Below, in pieces: positions 48,061 through 61,323 of a stretch of DNA of 64,000 nt; within the stretch, counting starts at the first letter, position 1; every line of letters begins with the position of its first letter. The DNA is taken from the NCBI RefSeq assembly GCF_006345805.1, contig NC_042997.1, positions 177,940,001-178,004,000 of the forward strand, given 5' to 3'. A program made the position numbers and the translations under genes. Below the pieces are notes generated by a model that worked only from the letters and a program-made list of their open reading frames with translations, did not search any database and was not told the origin of the DNA. Source of the DNA: Octopus sinensis. Lineage: Eukaryota.

Positions 48061-48445
48061 TCTCCGACAATTCGGTGCGACACCAGTACAGAATCACCTC
48101 CCTCCGACAAGTCATCCTAACGAGATGTCTGCGTTGGCTGGGTCATGCCCTCCGTCGTCAACCAGGAGAATTCATCTATGAAGCAATTGCCCCAGCTCCC
48201 CTTCAGGGTTGGCGAAAGCGATCTGATGGGCGACGAAAAACCTGACTGACGACAGTCAAGGCTGATCTGGAACCCAACCTAGGCCCCCATGTCTACGGTG
48301 TTCGCCGCTGGAATAAGGAGTGGTTGGAGATCACGTGGTCGTTAGCCTCAAATCGCCAGGCCTGGTCGGCGTTTGTGAGAGATGCAGCATTGAGGATGAA
48401 TGAAGCCAGCTCAACCCACCCCGGGTGAATGCTGTAAGAAGAAGG
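48061..48445 (+). mobile_element. 5'-truncated RTE-type LINE 3' end of a second family, with TSD
   Basis: RCLRWLGHALRR...GPHVYGVRRWNKEW...NRQAWSAFVRDA; (GAA) tail; TSD agattata(ca)ctttg at 48048 and 48446. Confidence 0.8.
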
Positions 48446-48830
48446 AGATTATACACTTTGAAACTGTACATTATATTAAGCTTTACATTGCTATTAGAAA
48501 TACAATGCCATTGGTCAGGCACTGTCTTAAGCTATGTACAAAGGCACGCACTACTTTGGGTTTTGTATAAATTGTTTTAAACTACATATTGTTAAAAATT
48601 ATAAACTATCTTAAGTGTTATTACTTTGAGCCATATGCTGCACTAAGTATGACATAGTTTAAAGTGCCTATATAATTGGCTTTAAATGATACATTGTCGA
48701 ATGCCATGTAATGGAAGCAAGCATCCACAACTGTCATCTTATCTCTAAATAATATGCTTGTCCTTTTCCTTAATAGTCAACTTTGGAAAAATTCTTGATT
48801 CTTGAGATTACCTCCCCTTCTCATATGATT

Positions 48831-51325
48831 ATAAAATAATAATAATGAAATTATTGTATACAGTGCTCAGGTGCACCACAACTTGTCAGAAAGTACATAT
48901 AAAGTACATGCAGTAATGTAGAAATGTCTGGAAAGTGAACATGCTTGTGTGTGTATGGAGGGGAGAAAATCAAGTGTAGTGTTGGCGAATCTCAGGAAGC
49001 ATGGAAGTCTTGAAGGATGCAGTGCTCCGACAACTAACAACCGATGCCGGCAGTTTGTTCCACGCTTCAGCAACTCTCAGCGTGAAAAAATGTTTCCTGA
49101 AGTCATGGGAGCTGTGCTGTTTTCTTACTTTGTAAATATGTCCACGGGTGTTAGATGGGTGGAGTTTGAAGAGGTGCTCAGTGTTATTGTTTGTGCGATG
49201 GTTGATAATTTTGTGGGTGTCTGCCAGGTCAGCTGCCAGACGTCGGAGTTTCAATGTGTCCATGCCCAGGGAAGTAAGGCGTTCAGGATATGGCAAATGC
49301 CTGATGGAGGGTATTCTTTTGGTTGCACGTCGCTGAACAGCTTCCAGACGATTGATGTCCTGGGCAAGATAGGGGTTCCAGACCGGTGATGCAAATTCTA
49401 GGTGAGGTCTTACCATAGCTATATAAAGCCGCAGATAGATAGCCGGAGAGCGGATCACAAAGGATTTGGTGAGTGATGCCAAGACACCCTCAGCCTTCTT
49501 GACAATTTTAGCGACGTGTTTTGTCCAACGCAAATCACTGTTGACAATAACACCCAGGTCACGTTCACATGAAGACTTTTTAAGACTAGTGTTGTGGAGG
49601 GAGTAGGTGGACGCTGGGTTTCTCCTCCCAAAATGCATGGTGGTACATTTGTCCACAGCCAGCTTGAGTTGCCAGTCCATGATCCACTGCTGCATTGTGT
49701 CCAGGTCTGCTTGCAATAGAGATCCATAGTGTATAGGATTTGACCTCTTTATTTCGAGGTACAGCTTGATGTCATCTGCATATTTCAGCACTGTGGCATT
49801 CTTTAAGTTGGCATCTATGTCATTAACATATGCAACAAATAAAAGGGTGCCAAGAACAGATCCCTGCGGCACACCAGATGTTATCTCATAGGGCGAAGAG
49901 TGCTGTCCTAGAACTGTGACAACCTCTTTTCGGCCGAAAATAAAGGACTTTAACCAGTTATAGAGTTCGTCTCTTACACCCAATGCAGAAAGCTTCACCA
50001 TAAGTCTTTTGTGTGGGACAGAGTTAAAAGCCTTAGCAAAGTCCAGGTAAACAACATCCACCCAGGATCCGCGATCAGTGATTTGGGTAACATCCTCAAG
50101 AAACTCGATGAGTTGATTACAGCAGCTGGAGTTAGGAATAAATCCGAATTGTGACGGCTGGATGAGGCTGTGAGACTTCTAGAAGTTCCAGAGGGTTTCT
50201 CTGATACAGGATTCCATCAGTTTGGTGATGCAGCTGGTAAGACTGACGGGGCGATAGTTGACAGGCGATGTGCGGTCGCCTTTTTTGAACAGAGGGATGA
50301 CACTGGCAGTTTTCCACTGTTCTGGAGTAACACCATTGTCAAGACAGAATTGGAAGAATAGAGAAAGTTGGCTTAGAAGAAAGTACCCACCGCGTTTGAG
50401 AAGTAGGTATGTAACACCATCGAGACCAGGAGAGGCATAATTGCGTTTATTCTTTAGGTGGCGTTGCAGCATTGCTGGTGTAAATTGCATAGAAGATATA
50501 GAGTCCGATGTCAGTGGTGATGATGATGGAACATTTTGGTTTTCGACAGTAAAGATGCTGGCATAGCATCCAGCAATGATTTCTGCACATTCTTCGGGAT
50601 TGCCAGTAATCTGTCCTGTGTGGGGATTGCGAAGGGTTACCAACAGGAGAGTGGGGTCTCTGCTTTGAGTGCACATACTTCCAGAACCCTTTGCTGTCAG
50701 GGTTAGCTGCAATGCGTTGTTCAAATTCAAGCACTGCCTTTTTTGTCACCTGCTTGAGGTGGTTGGCTGACCTATTGCGCTTTTTCCTGTTGCTCTCTGA
50801 TTTGTGCAATTTGTATTCCCATTCAGCATTACGGCGTTCTTTCCTGGCAAGTTGGACTGCTGCAGTCTCCCAAATTGCACTATTGGGTGGTTTTTTGTGC
50901 TTGCGTGGTACTGATGCTGCACATGCTGCCCATATTGAATTCAGAATGTTCTGGAGTATAGTGTCCACATCTCCAGAGGCATAAAATTCGCGCCAGTTCG
51001 GGCGTTGCAGCTCAGTACAATAAGAGCTCCAGTTTGCTTTATTCCAGTCAAAGCGGGCAATCTGAAGATGGTTGTGTTTTTTGTTACAACCAATCAGAGA
51101 CAAGTCGGTCATGATCATGGAATGATCAGAGTCACCCAAAGGTTCTTCGGTAGCGACACTAATGATTGTTTCAGGAGAAGCGGTAAGTAGCAGATCCAAA
51201 GTGTTGTTACCCCTTGTGGGGGAGGTAACAACTTGGGACCAATTCGAATTCAGCACCAGTTCAAGGAAATCGTCTGCACTTTGCGGCCAACGGAAGGCCT
51301 CCCAGTCAGTTATCTTTCCTCCTCT
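48831..51325 (-). mobile_element. Longest CR1-like LINE copy: C-terminal AP-endonuclease plus full RT, with one frameshift (about 50640) and one nonsense codon (50179-50181)
   Basis: PTRGNNTLDLLL and LGDSDH (APE); NYRPVSLTS, YLDFAKAFNSV, GVPQGSVLG and YADD (RT); (ATT)n tail. Confidence 0.95.
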
Positions 51326-52305
51326 AGTTTTAATTGCTATTTGATGATTATGACACAATTTCTAGAGGTGGAAATAATTTTAATAAATCAAGAAATTATG
51401 TTACATGGTATTTAATATGTCTATAATGGCATTTACTGCCTTTAAACATTCACCGTATAAAATACGTAGTAACTTCAGTCTTACACTGCCTTAAACATCA
51501 TCATCATCATCATCATCATCGTTTAACGTCTGTTTTCCATGCTAGCATGGGTTGGATGGTTTGACCGGGGTCTGGGAAGCCAGGAGGCTGCACCAGGCTC
51601 CAGTCTGATCTGGCAGTGTTTCTACAGCTGGATGCCCTTCCTAACACTAACCACTTGAATTAATCTCCTTGATTCATATATTTATTTCTTTATTGCCTGC
51701 AGGGGGGTAAACATAGAGGGAACAAACAAGGACAGATGAAGGGATTAAGTCGATTACATCGACCCCAGTGCGTAACTGATAATTATTTAATCGACCCCGA
51801 AAGGATGAAAAGCAAAGTCGATCTTGGTGAGCCGTGATTTATTTATTACCACAAGCCTGACTTTGCCTTAAATCTTCTTTGCCTTGTCTTATACCATGTC
51901 TTGCCATATTTCATAAAAAAAGTCATGACTTATCATAAAACATTTATTGTCTGAAGACATACATTATATTGAGCCTTGAATTGTCATCATAAGCCAAGCC
52001 TTCAAGTATATACACCATGATTAAGACAAATGTCCATTAAATGTATGAATGTTTGAGATCAAATGCTGTCAATAAGATTACAAATTTCCAAACTATTAAG
52101 CTTATGCCTCCGATGTATATTTACAGTAGTTATGTCTACACTATGTCAGTAGCTTAAGAACATTTTAGTCTTAATTTAGAAATAATGGCTCCTAGTTTGT
52201 ATTTAGTTTGGAATTATGTGACACATCCAGACTCTAAAGATGTAACTTTCCCTAGAAACCCAATATGAAAATCATTTCATTGCTGACACTCCACATCCAA
52301 TAGGG

Positions 52306-52535
52306 TTAACCCTTTCGTTACTGTATTTATTTTGAGATGCTCTGTGTTTCATTCAATTAATTTTAATTATAACAAGGAATTTAGCAAAAGAACTTAGTTA
52401 TCATTAGGCTAGTATTGGGAACACAAATTGTGACTTAGGTTTGGTGGAAGATTTTAATTCAATACTTATGAAAGTAAGACATTTGTACTACAGAGCCAGA
52501 GGCGGTTTTGGCCGGGTTGGTATCAAAAGGGTTAA
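52306..52535. mobile_element. TTAA-flanked (piggyBac-like) MITE
   Basis: ttaa|ccctttcg ... caaaaggg|ttaa; homologous to 31739-31954. Confidence 0.75.
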
Positions 52536-52867
52536 AGGAAAGGACACCCTAATAATGATAATGGTGATGAGTTTAATAATCCAGATTATTTCAGTCAAAG
52601 AGGTATGATTCCAACACACTATGTCAAATATGAAAACTGTTTAAATGTTTTTAAGTGTGGATTATGCATGGTTGTAATTTTCCATTGCTTTATAAAAGTA
52701 CATTCTTTTAATATAATTGGAATTTGTGTCTCATAGCTCTATTTTACATTTTTCCACTATTGATGCTCAAGCTTCCTTCATATTGCATGTCTTGCCAGCA
52801 TTCTTCCCACATGTATGTCATATGTATACTAATGCATATACACTATAGGAATATATGATACAACGAT

Positions 52868-53090
52868 AAGGTGGTGAGCTGGCAGAATTGTTATCATGTT
52901 GGACAAAATGCTTAATGGTATTTCGTCCGCCTTTACATTCTGAGTTAAAATTCTACTGAGGTTGACTTTACTTTCATCATTGTAGGGTCGATAAAATAAG
53001 TAACAGTTGAACACTGGGGTCAATGTAACTGACTTAACCCCGTCCCTGAAATTGCTGGCCTTGTACCAAAATTTGAAACCAATATATGAT
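52868..53090 (+). mobile_element. SINE family B short variant
   Basis: Match to family B head and body. Confidence 0.75.
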
Positions 53091-53173
53091 ACAATGATAT
53101 CAAATCAATGTAAAACCTGCTATCTTAAAGATAGTATGTTTGCACTAGTGTGTGTGTGTGCATACGTGCGTGC

Positions 53174-53204
<31 letters not shown>

Positions 53205-53229
53205 GCTCACTGGGTGCCACAGACCAAGT

Positions 53230-55752
53230 CTGTGGAAAAAGAAAAGCATTTGATGAAAAGGAAGAGGAGTTACAGCCTTGCAATATAGAGGATAATTGGG
53301 TGTTCCTATGAGACAACTTACTGAGAGCCACGGGCCAAATTTGTGGGTGGTGGAAAGTCCCAACCAGACATGGTGGTGGACCAATGTAGCTGACAGGGCC
53401 ATTAGAGCAAAGAAACAAGCTTGGAAGGATGGTGGTAGCAAGGAGCTATATCAGGCAGCTACAAGGGAAGCTAGGAAGCAGGTGTACTTAGCCAGGAGTG
53501 AGGCAGAAAGGAAGAAGTTTGCAACATCAGAACCAGCAGCTTGAAGTGTTTCAATTTGCAAGACAGTGTGCCAGGGAAAATTTTGATGTTGTGGGAAAGA
53601 ACTGTGTTTGCATGGATGATGGTTCACTTGCAATTAGTGACTCTGCAATGAAAGGTTACTAAATGTAGAGAACTCATAGGAGAAGATCCAACAGAAGGAC
53701 CAGCAATCTGAATAGACAGTAGTGTCAGCATTGTAGAAAAAGCCATAAAGGATATGAAAATGGGGAAAGCCCCTGGTCCATCAGGAATCACCATTGAGAT
53801 GCTTAAAATACCTGGCAGTGTGGGTTATGTTCTAGTCACCCATATAGTTAATCAGGTGGTACATGAAGGAGTCATACCCAATGACTGGTGTAGCAGCACC
53901 ATAATCAACTGCTACACATGTAAAGGTGATGCCTTAGATAGAAATAAGTACAGAGGTATCAAATTGTTGGATCAACCAATTAAGGAGAGAGTTAGTCTGA
54001 ATGAGAAGCAGTTTGGTTTTGTACCAAGGAGAAGCACCTTATCTGGTGATCGATGCGGAAAGTAGAAAATATGAGTGGCTGGTGGGAGTTGTACAAGCCA
54101 TGTACAGGTATGCAACGATTATAGCGATGAATTCAGGGTACAGGTAGGAGTTCACCAAGGATCAGTCCTCAGCACCCCTTTGTTCATCATAGTCCTCCAG
54201 GTAATAAGAGAGGAATTTAAGATGGGCTGCTCCTGGGAGCTCCTCTATGCTGATGACCTTGTACTTATAGCTGAATGACTACCAGAACTAGAGAAGAAAT
54301 TTAAGGTATGGAAGCAAGGTCTAGAATTGAAGTACCTTAGAATCAACCTTGCAAAAACCAAAGTCTTAGTAATTAGGAAAGCAGACAAATCACACATCTC
54401 TTCAGGTAGACGACCCTGCTCAATCTGTAGGAAAGGCGTAGGTAGAAACTCCATAAAATGTACCTGGTGCACGCTATTGACACATAAGAGGTGCAGCAGT
54501 ATCAGAGGAAGATTAACTGGGAAAATAGTTTTTGCATGGGGAAGGTGCATAGGTACAATAAACACTAAAAATGTACAGAAAATAAACTCCATCAGCTGCC
54601 AGGTGTGTCAACAAGAGGTAGTTGATAGCTTTTGTTATTTAGGTGACAAAGTCAGTAGTGGAGGTGGATACTGCGAGAGCATAGCTATGAGAATAAGAAT
54701 AGGCTAGGTAAAGTTCAGAGAGTTCCTACCTTTGTTGGCAACAAAGGGCCTCTCCCTTAGAGTGACAGGCAAACTATATGATACCTGCATGTGAACAGCT
54801 ATACTACATGGCAGTGAAACATGGGCTGTGACTGCTGGGGACATGCATAGGCTTGAAAGAAATGAAGCTAGTATGTTTTGCTGGATGTACAATGTCAGTG
54901 TGCATGTACGACAGAGTGTAAGCATCTTGAGAGAAAAGTTGGGCATGAAAGGCATAGGTGTGGTGTGCAAGAGAGACAACTCTGCCAGTATGATTATGTG
55001 ATGTGTATGGACGAGACAACTGTGTAAAGAAGTGCAGATCTCTAACTGTGGAGGGAACCTGTGGTGGAGGTAGACCTAAGAAGACATTGGATAATGTGGT
55101 GAAGCATGATCATTGAACTTTGGGCCTCATGGAGGCAATGACTAGTGACCGAGACCTTTGGCGATATACCATGCTTGAGAAGATCTGCCAAGCCAAGTGA
55201 CTGATGCTGGCATCGTGTAACTGGCACCTGTGCTGGTGGAACAAAAAAAAAAACACCATTCAAGCATTGGGTCTCATGGAAGCAATGTGGCCGATGCCAG
55301 TGTTGCATAACTAGCACTCAAGCATTGGGCTTCATGGGGGCAATGTGGCTGATGCCAGTGCTGTGTAAATAGCACCCATGCTGGTGGCAATGTAAAAAGG
55401 CACCTTTCAAGCATTGGGCCTCACAGAGGCAATGACAAATGACTGAGACCCTTGATGATATGCTGTGCTTGAGAAGACCCTTGAAGCTAAGCGAAATCGT
55501 AGTCATGGCAGATACTGGTGTCACACAACTGGCACCTGTGTCAGTGGAATGTAAAAGGACCCATACCAGTGACATATAAAAGCACCCCAAAAATTCTTGG
55601 AGTGGTTGGCATTAGGAAGGGCATCCAGCCATAGAAATCCATGCCACATCAAACTGGAGTCTAGTGCAGCCCCGTCAGTTTACCAGGACCAGTCAAGCCA
55701 TTCAACTCATGCCAGCATGGACAACAGATGTTAGATAATGATGATGATGATA
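53230..55752 (+). mobile_element. Decayed RTE-clade LINE (RT plus 3' end with family-C tail)
   Basis: MKMGKAPGPSGI, GKGDALDRNKYRGIKLL-like, GVHQGSVLS.PLFIIVL, WELLYADDLVLIAE, LHGSETW. Confidence 0.85.
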
Positions 55753-55754
55753 TA

Positions 55755-55802
<48 letters not shown>

Positions 55803-56051
55803 ATATAGCAATAAAAAGATGGAGGAGAACACTTGGGTGGTTCATCAACTTTTAGGCATTATGTTATGTTAACTTATTTATTTATTTACTAAACTAATAA
55901 TTACAATAATATACATACATATAACATATTATTCTTTACATATAAGATATAAAATATAGCAATATATATGGATACCAGTAATTATTATAAAAAACATGAA
56001 TATAAATTGGGAAAATAACTTACAGCTGTTTCAGCCAATAGATAAAAATAC

Positions 56052-56123
<72 letters not shown>

Positions 56124-56220
56124 ATACAAAATGGGACAAGAACGCAAAACATCCAGATAACTAGGTGATACAAAAAGGGACAACAAAACACCCAGATGGA
56201 CAATACAAAAATATAATAAA

Positions 56221-56260
<40 letters not shown>

Positions 56261-56582
56261 GGACATAACAACAGGCGTCTTTCGACTGGGGACGAACTGA
56301 ATTCAGCTGGCGTGTGCGGAAATGAAACCTTACGGCAGAGGGAAGAATATCGATGTGGCAGTGGCCGTGGTCAGATGCAAAAGGGCTAGCAGTCGGCCAA
56401 GGATCAAGTGAGAAGAGCAGAGAGAAAAAGAGGAACAAAGGAATTAAGGAGGGGAAAAGAGAGAGAGAGAGAGAGTGAGTAGGAGTAGATAGATGGAAGA
56501 ATCAAGGAGTGGTGAGAAAAAAAGAGAGACAGGGACATAGTGAAGTGAAAAGTGAGTAAGAAAGGCAAAGAAATGTGTCAGA

Positions 56583-56960
56583 GTGGGGGGTGGGGAAAGA
56601 GTTCTCCTTCAAACAGGGACAACGGTTTACAGTGAAAAGCAACTTCACATGTGCTTCGGAGAACCTAATATACCCACTAACCTGCTCCGGGTGTCAAGAG
56701 CAGTACATAGGCCAAACAAAAAAATAGTTTGCGTAAAAGAATGGCCCTGCACAGATCCCAGATAAAAATTCCCCAAAACAGAAAAATAGCTTTCAGCCAA
56801 CACATAGATACTTGCGCCAACAACAAAACACCAGGTTTCAGGATTTTCCCCCTCTACCAATTTAGGGACGATACAACCTCGAGACAACGAATAAGTAAAG
56901 AAACTCTCTTTATTACAAAATACAGGCCACTTCTTAACGGGTCTACGACAAACGATTAAT
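56583..56960 (+). mobile_element. Penelope-like element GIY-YIG endonuclease fragment (one frameshift)
   Basis: Reads FTCASENLIYPLTCSGCQEQYIGQT..SLRKRMALHRSQI...FSQHIDTC...KETLFITKYRPLLN, the IY..YIG plus CCHH pattern of PLE endonucleases. Confidence 0.85.
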
Positions 56961-57059
56961 ATACCTCAACTTTAGAATAAAAGAAATACACACACAAATA
57001 TTACATTCCAAAGAATCCATTACTAATCAGCCCCAATCACAGCTATAATCCATAACATG

Positions 57060-57300
57060 CCAACTTCAAGTCATACAACACCTCACTACTTTCACCCATT
57101 CATATTCTCCCTTCTCTGTTTTCTTCTTCTTCCTCTTCTTCTTCATCATCATCATTATCATCATCATCATCGTCATCATCATCACCACCATCATCATCAT
57201 CATCTTCTTCTCCTTCTCCTTCTTCTTCATCATCATCATCATCATCAACATCGTCATCTTCTTCTTCTTCTTCTGCTCCACCTTCTACCTCTTAACTTTA
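57060..57300. repeat. (CAT)n/(CTT)n compound microsatellite
   Basis: Seen directly. Confidence 0.9.
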
Positions 57301-57621
57301 TCACTAATGCTTTTTAGTAAAACACCTACGCAAATTCCATAAACAAATCTCTCAATAGAAATATTCTCCTGAATTGAACTGCAACTGACCATTCAAAATA
57401 CAACAATCAAGGCACTCCCAAATTTTTCCACCCCCTCTCCTCTTCAGCCTTCTTCTTCTTCTTCTACCCTACCAAGAATTCACAACGACCTCAAACACAC
57501 AAGTGCAAACAAGGGAGTCAGAGAAAGGCAGAATGCCACTTATATTTGAACACTACTATACAAATATTCCTTTAAAAAAACTTTTCTTCTAATTTTTCTA
57601 AATTTAATTATTTAATCGTTA

Positions 57622-57659
57622 CAGTTGAAAAGGTCTCAAAATGACCGAAACCGGTACTG
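57622..57659 (+). ncRNA. Candidate minimal type-I hammerhead ribozyme with U3-A8 core variant
   Basis: cag-TTGAAAA-ggtc tcaaaat gacc-GAAA-C CG G-TA-ctg: stem I cag/ctg, stem II G10.1-C11.1 intact, palindromic stem III, GUA cleavage triplet; lies downstream of the PLE endonuclease fragment. Confidence 0.6.
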
Positions 57660-57707
57660 AAATGTTCTTTATAAAATTATTTTAGCATTTTCTATTTTGA
57701 CTTGTTT

Positions 57708-57759
<52 letters not shown>

Positions 57760-57922
57760 AAATACAAAATGGGACAAGAATGCAAAACATCCGGACAACT
57801 AGGTGATACAAAAAGGGACAACAAAACATCCAGATAGATGATACAAAAAACAAGGACAGGTCATTTGAAGCCTTTTATCTTCAGTGAAGAATGGATCATC
57901 CTTGCAATTTCAGCTGATTAAT

Positions 57923-57969
<47 letters not shown>

Positions 57970-58052
57970 TATTAATATTAAGGAAGTTATTTCCTAGTTT
58001 ACAGGGGAAAGAATTTCAATTCAGTGGTACTAAAATGAATTACTCGCTGTAT

Positions 58053-58084
<32 letters not shown>

Positions 58085-59249
58085 TGTAGATGGGTTTAAG
58101 AGACAGAATCACCCGCAAGCAATTCAATCATCATTGAATGACATTATCCACGATAGGTACGACTAAATATTAAAATTAATACCTTTAATTCTTATTTCGA
58201 ATCATATACTTTACATTATATAGACTACGTGTGTTTCATGACAACATATTCCTCGATATTGCTGAATTAGAATGTCTCTAAATACAATACCATATTAAAA
58301 CAATTATATTGCCAATCTTCAGATCTAGATTATATGAACTTATTTTACTATTTACATCCTATATAAAGACATGACAAACTAAAATTATATAACTAGAATT
58401 TGTCGGAATAATTTTACTTTAGTAAATAATGAACAGAAATGTGGAATAAAAGTAGGAAAAGAAATGTTAGTAAAAAGAAATGTTAACTTATATGTATGGG
58501 AATTTTTTCTCCATGAATTAAACATGGCTACCAGCAATCGTATAATCCAACATTGAGAGCTACTATGTAGGGTAGATAATTCTTATTAATATTTAAAAGT
58601 TCTTAAAAGGTATTTTCTATTATTTATAATTATTGTGTAAGGGAAGTGAATAATAATAAATCAGGAGAAGCCAAAAGTGAGTGTATGATGGGAATAGTCT
58701 AATTTTTTTCTTGGTTAATTTATTTTATTTATATGTTAACTTTGATAAATAATAAATTTCTAGGTCGGTAAATAGGTAAACTAAATTACTCAACATATAA
58801 TTTTAAAATATTTTAAAATATTTTTAAATATTTTGAAATAAAAGTCAGTAAAAATCTAACTTTTTATTATTTTTATAATTATAATACAATTAATATATAT
58901 TGATTATACTATTATTCTTAAAATTGACATTACTCTTAAAATTGAGTTTCTAAATTAAGATTAAAAATTTAGAATAATACCATCTAATATTATACTATAA
59001 ATTTTTATTAAGAAACTAAAATATCTGAAATTAGAAGTTAATTAAATGTTATCTTACATTTATATATAAATAAGTAGATATATTCTAGTTATACTAAATA
59101 AGAATTAGAAAAATAATTGTAGGTATTAATTTCGATAATTTTAATATTTAGTCCTGTATGTACGTATTGTGGATAATGTCATTCAATGATGATTGAGTTG
59201 CTTGAGGATGATTCTGATTCTTAAATCTATCTATCTATCTATCTGTCTA

Positions 59250-59320
<71 letters not shown>

Positions 59321-59479
59321 GTAAAATTATGTGTGTCTGTGTGTTATCAAGTTCAATACAGCTCCGTAGCTTATCAGACCCTGTTATCAAACCATCCAAC
59401 CCATGTCACCTTGCAAAATAGATATTAACTGATGATGATGATAATGATGAAATATTATAACAAACTGATTCATACAAAC

Positions 59480-60037
59480 CATTTCCTGGAGATGCTTTAT
59501 TTCTTTCCACAACTGTTGTGTATTTTGTTCTAAAAACCCTTTTGCTGTTTCCAATGATTTAATGTTGATTGAGAGATTTTTCAGGTTTTCGTGAATGGTT
59601 TCAATTTGGTCTGTCAGATTATAGATATTTTGGGTCGTTGACATTGATGTTTTTCTGAGAAATTTTTCCATATGTTTGTTCAATTCATCCCACTGTTCCT
59701 CAGTTGTAAATCCTTGATTTGTAGAGGATAGTGCCTGAGGTGAAGGAACTAGTGGTATCTGATTTGCAGCCTGTGTAGGGGCTGGTGTCTGAAATGTAAC
59801 CTGTGAAGAGGATGATGTCTGATACGTAATCAGTGAAGGGACTGGTGTCTGATATGCAGCCAGTGAATGCCTTCTTTTCTTAAACAAATATGATTTAATA
59901 TCTGACAACTCGGCTTCAATTTGGAACAAGCGATTATGAGCCTTTTGTTCTTGTGAGGTTTGTCGTTGTAAATCAATGCTAAGATAAGACTTAGATCCTT
60001 GCTCAAATTGTACCAAGGAACCTCCTGGCTCAACTTT
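59480..60037 (-). CDS. Internal coding exon (558 nt, phase 0-0) of a minus-strand coiled-coil protein gene: KVEPGGSLVQFEQ...WKEIKHLQEM
   Basis: Long open non-repetitive frame (ORF 59387-60016) with a heptad-like C-terminal half. Acceptor ttgtggttattttcaacag|AAA at 60037; donor ATG|gtttgt at 59480 (gtatga 4 nt downstream is an alternative). Confidence 0.75.
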
Positions 60038-60404
60038 CTGTTGAAAATAACCACAAAATAAGTAAATGAGTATTTAAAGAGAAACAAAGGAACGTAAACA
60101 AAACTATATCGAATTACATTGGAAATTTTCACAAGACTGCTTTCTGCATCAAAAACATATAGTTAAGAATAGGCTACAATATTCAATGCAGGGATCCAAA
60201 GAAATTTTTAATTGGCTGAAGCTATAACCATAATGAGAATAAAAGTCTTTAATGTTAATGAAAATTACTCCCAATAGGGGTAAAGGAGAGAACTCCTGAA
60301 ATTTTGTATCACCAAAAATTAAATGGACATATGCAGGATAGACAAGAGCAACTGGTGAAGATAGAAGAGTGTCTTGACCAATATCCTCCTGTTGGATTGC
60401 TAAT

Positions 60405-60720
60405 TAAATGACCATGGGATTGCCCCTAGAAAGTTCCCCTCCGAGGTACAAGTTTGGGCAAATTTGTTTATGGAAGGCCAGTAGTCACCCATGCATACCA
60501 ACTTCCCCTCTCCACACCACTCATGTCAGCGAAGGGAAAGGCTGATACAGTTTGGCACCAGTGACGTTGCAATTCATTTCTACAGCTGAATGAACTGGAG
60601 CAACATGAAATAAATTGTTTTGCTCAAGAACACGATGCACAGCCCAGTCTGGGAATTAAACTCACTATCTCATGATTGTGAGCCTGACACTCTAACCACT
60701 GAGCAATGCACCTTCACTGC
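60405..60720 (-). mobile_element. SINE family E
   Basis: Homologous to 13940-14270. Confidence 0.75.
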
Positions 60721-60844
60721 TATATATTAAAGAACAGATAGTATGTATTATGTCATTAGCATTGCACAGTATCCAAATGCTCTTGTTATATGAATATGGT
60801 GTTCTAGCTTACCAACGCAAGCAGAGACAATATATATCATTCAT

Positions 60845-61045
60845 TTACTCTTTTACTTGTTTCAGTCATTTGACTGTGGCTATGATGGAGCACCACCTTG
60901 AGTCGAGCAAATCAACCCCAGAACTTATTCTTTGTAAGCCTTGTACTTATTCTATTGGTCTCTTTTGGTGAACTGCTAAGTTACAGGGATGTAAACACAC
61001 CAGCATCAGTTGTCAAGCGATGTTGGGGGACAAAGACATACACAT

Positions 61046-61132
<87 letters not shown>

Positions 61133-61275
61133 CACAATGGGCTTTCAGTTCCTATTTACCAAATCCACTCACAAGGCTGTAGTAGAAGACACTTGCCCAA
61201 GGTGCCACACAGTGTGACTGAACCCGGAACCATGTGGTTGGTAAGCAAGCTACATACCACACAGCCACTCCTGCG

Positions 61276-61323
<48 letters not shown>

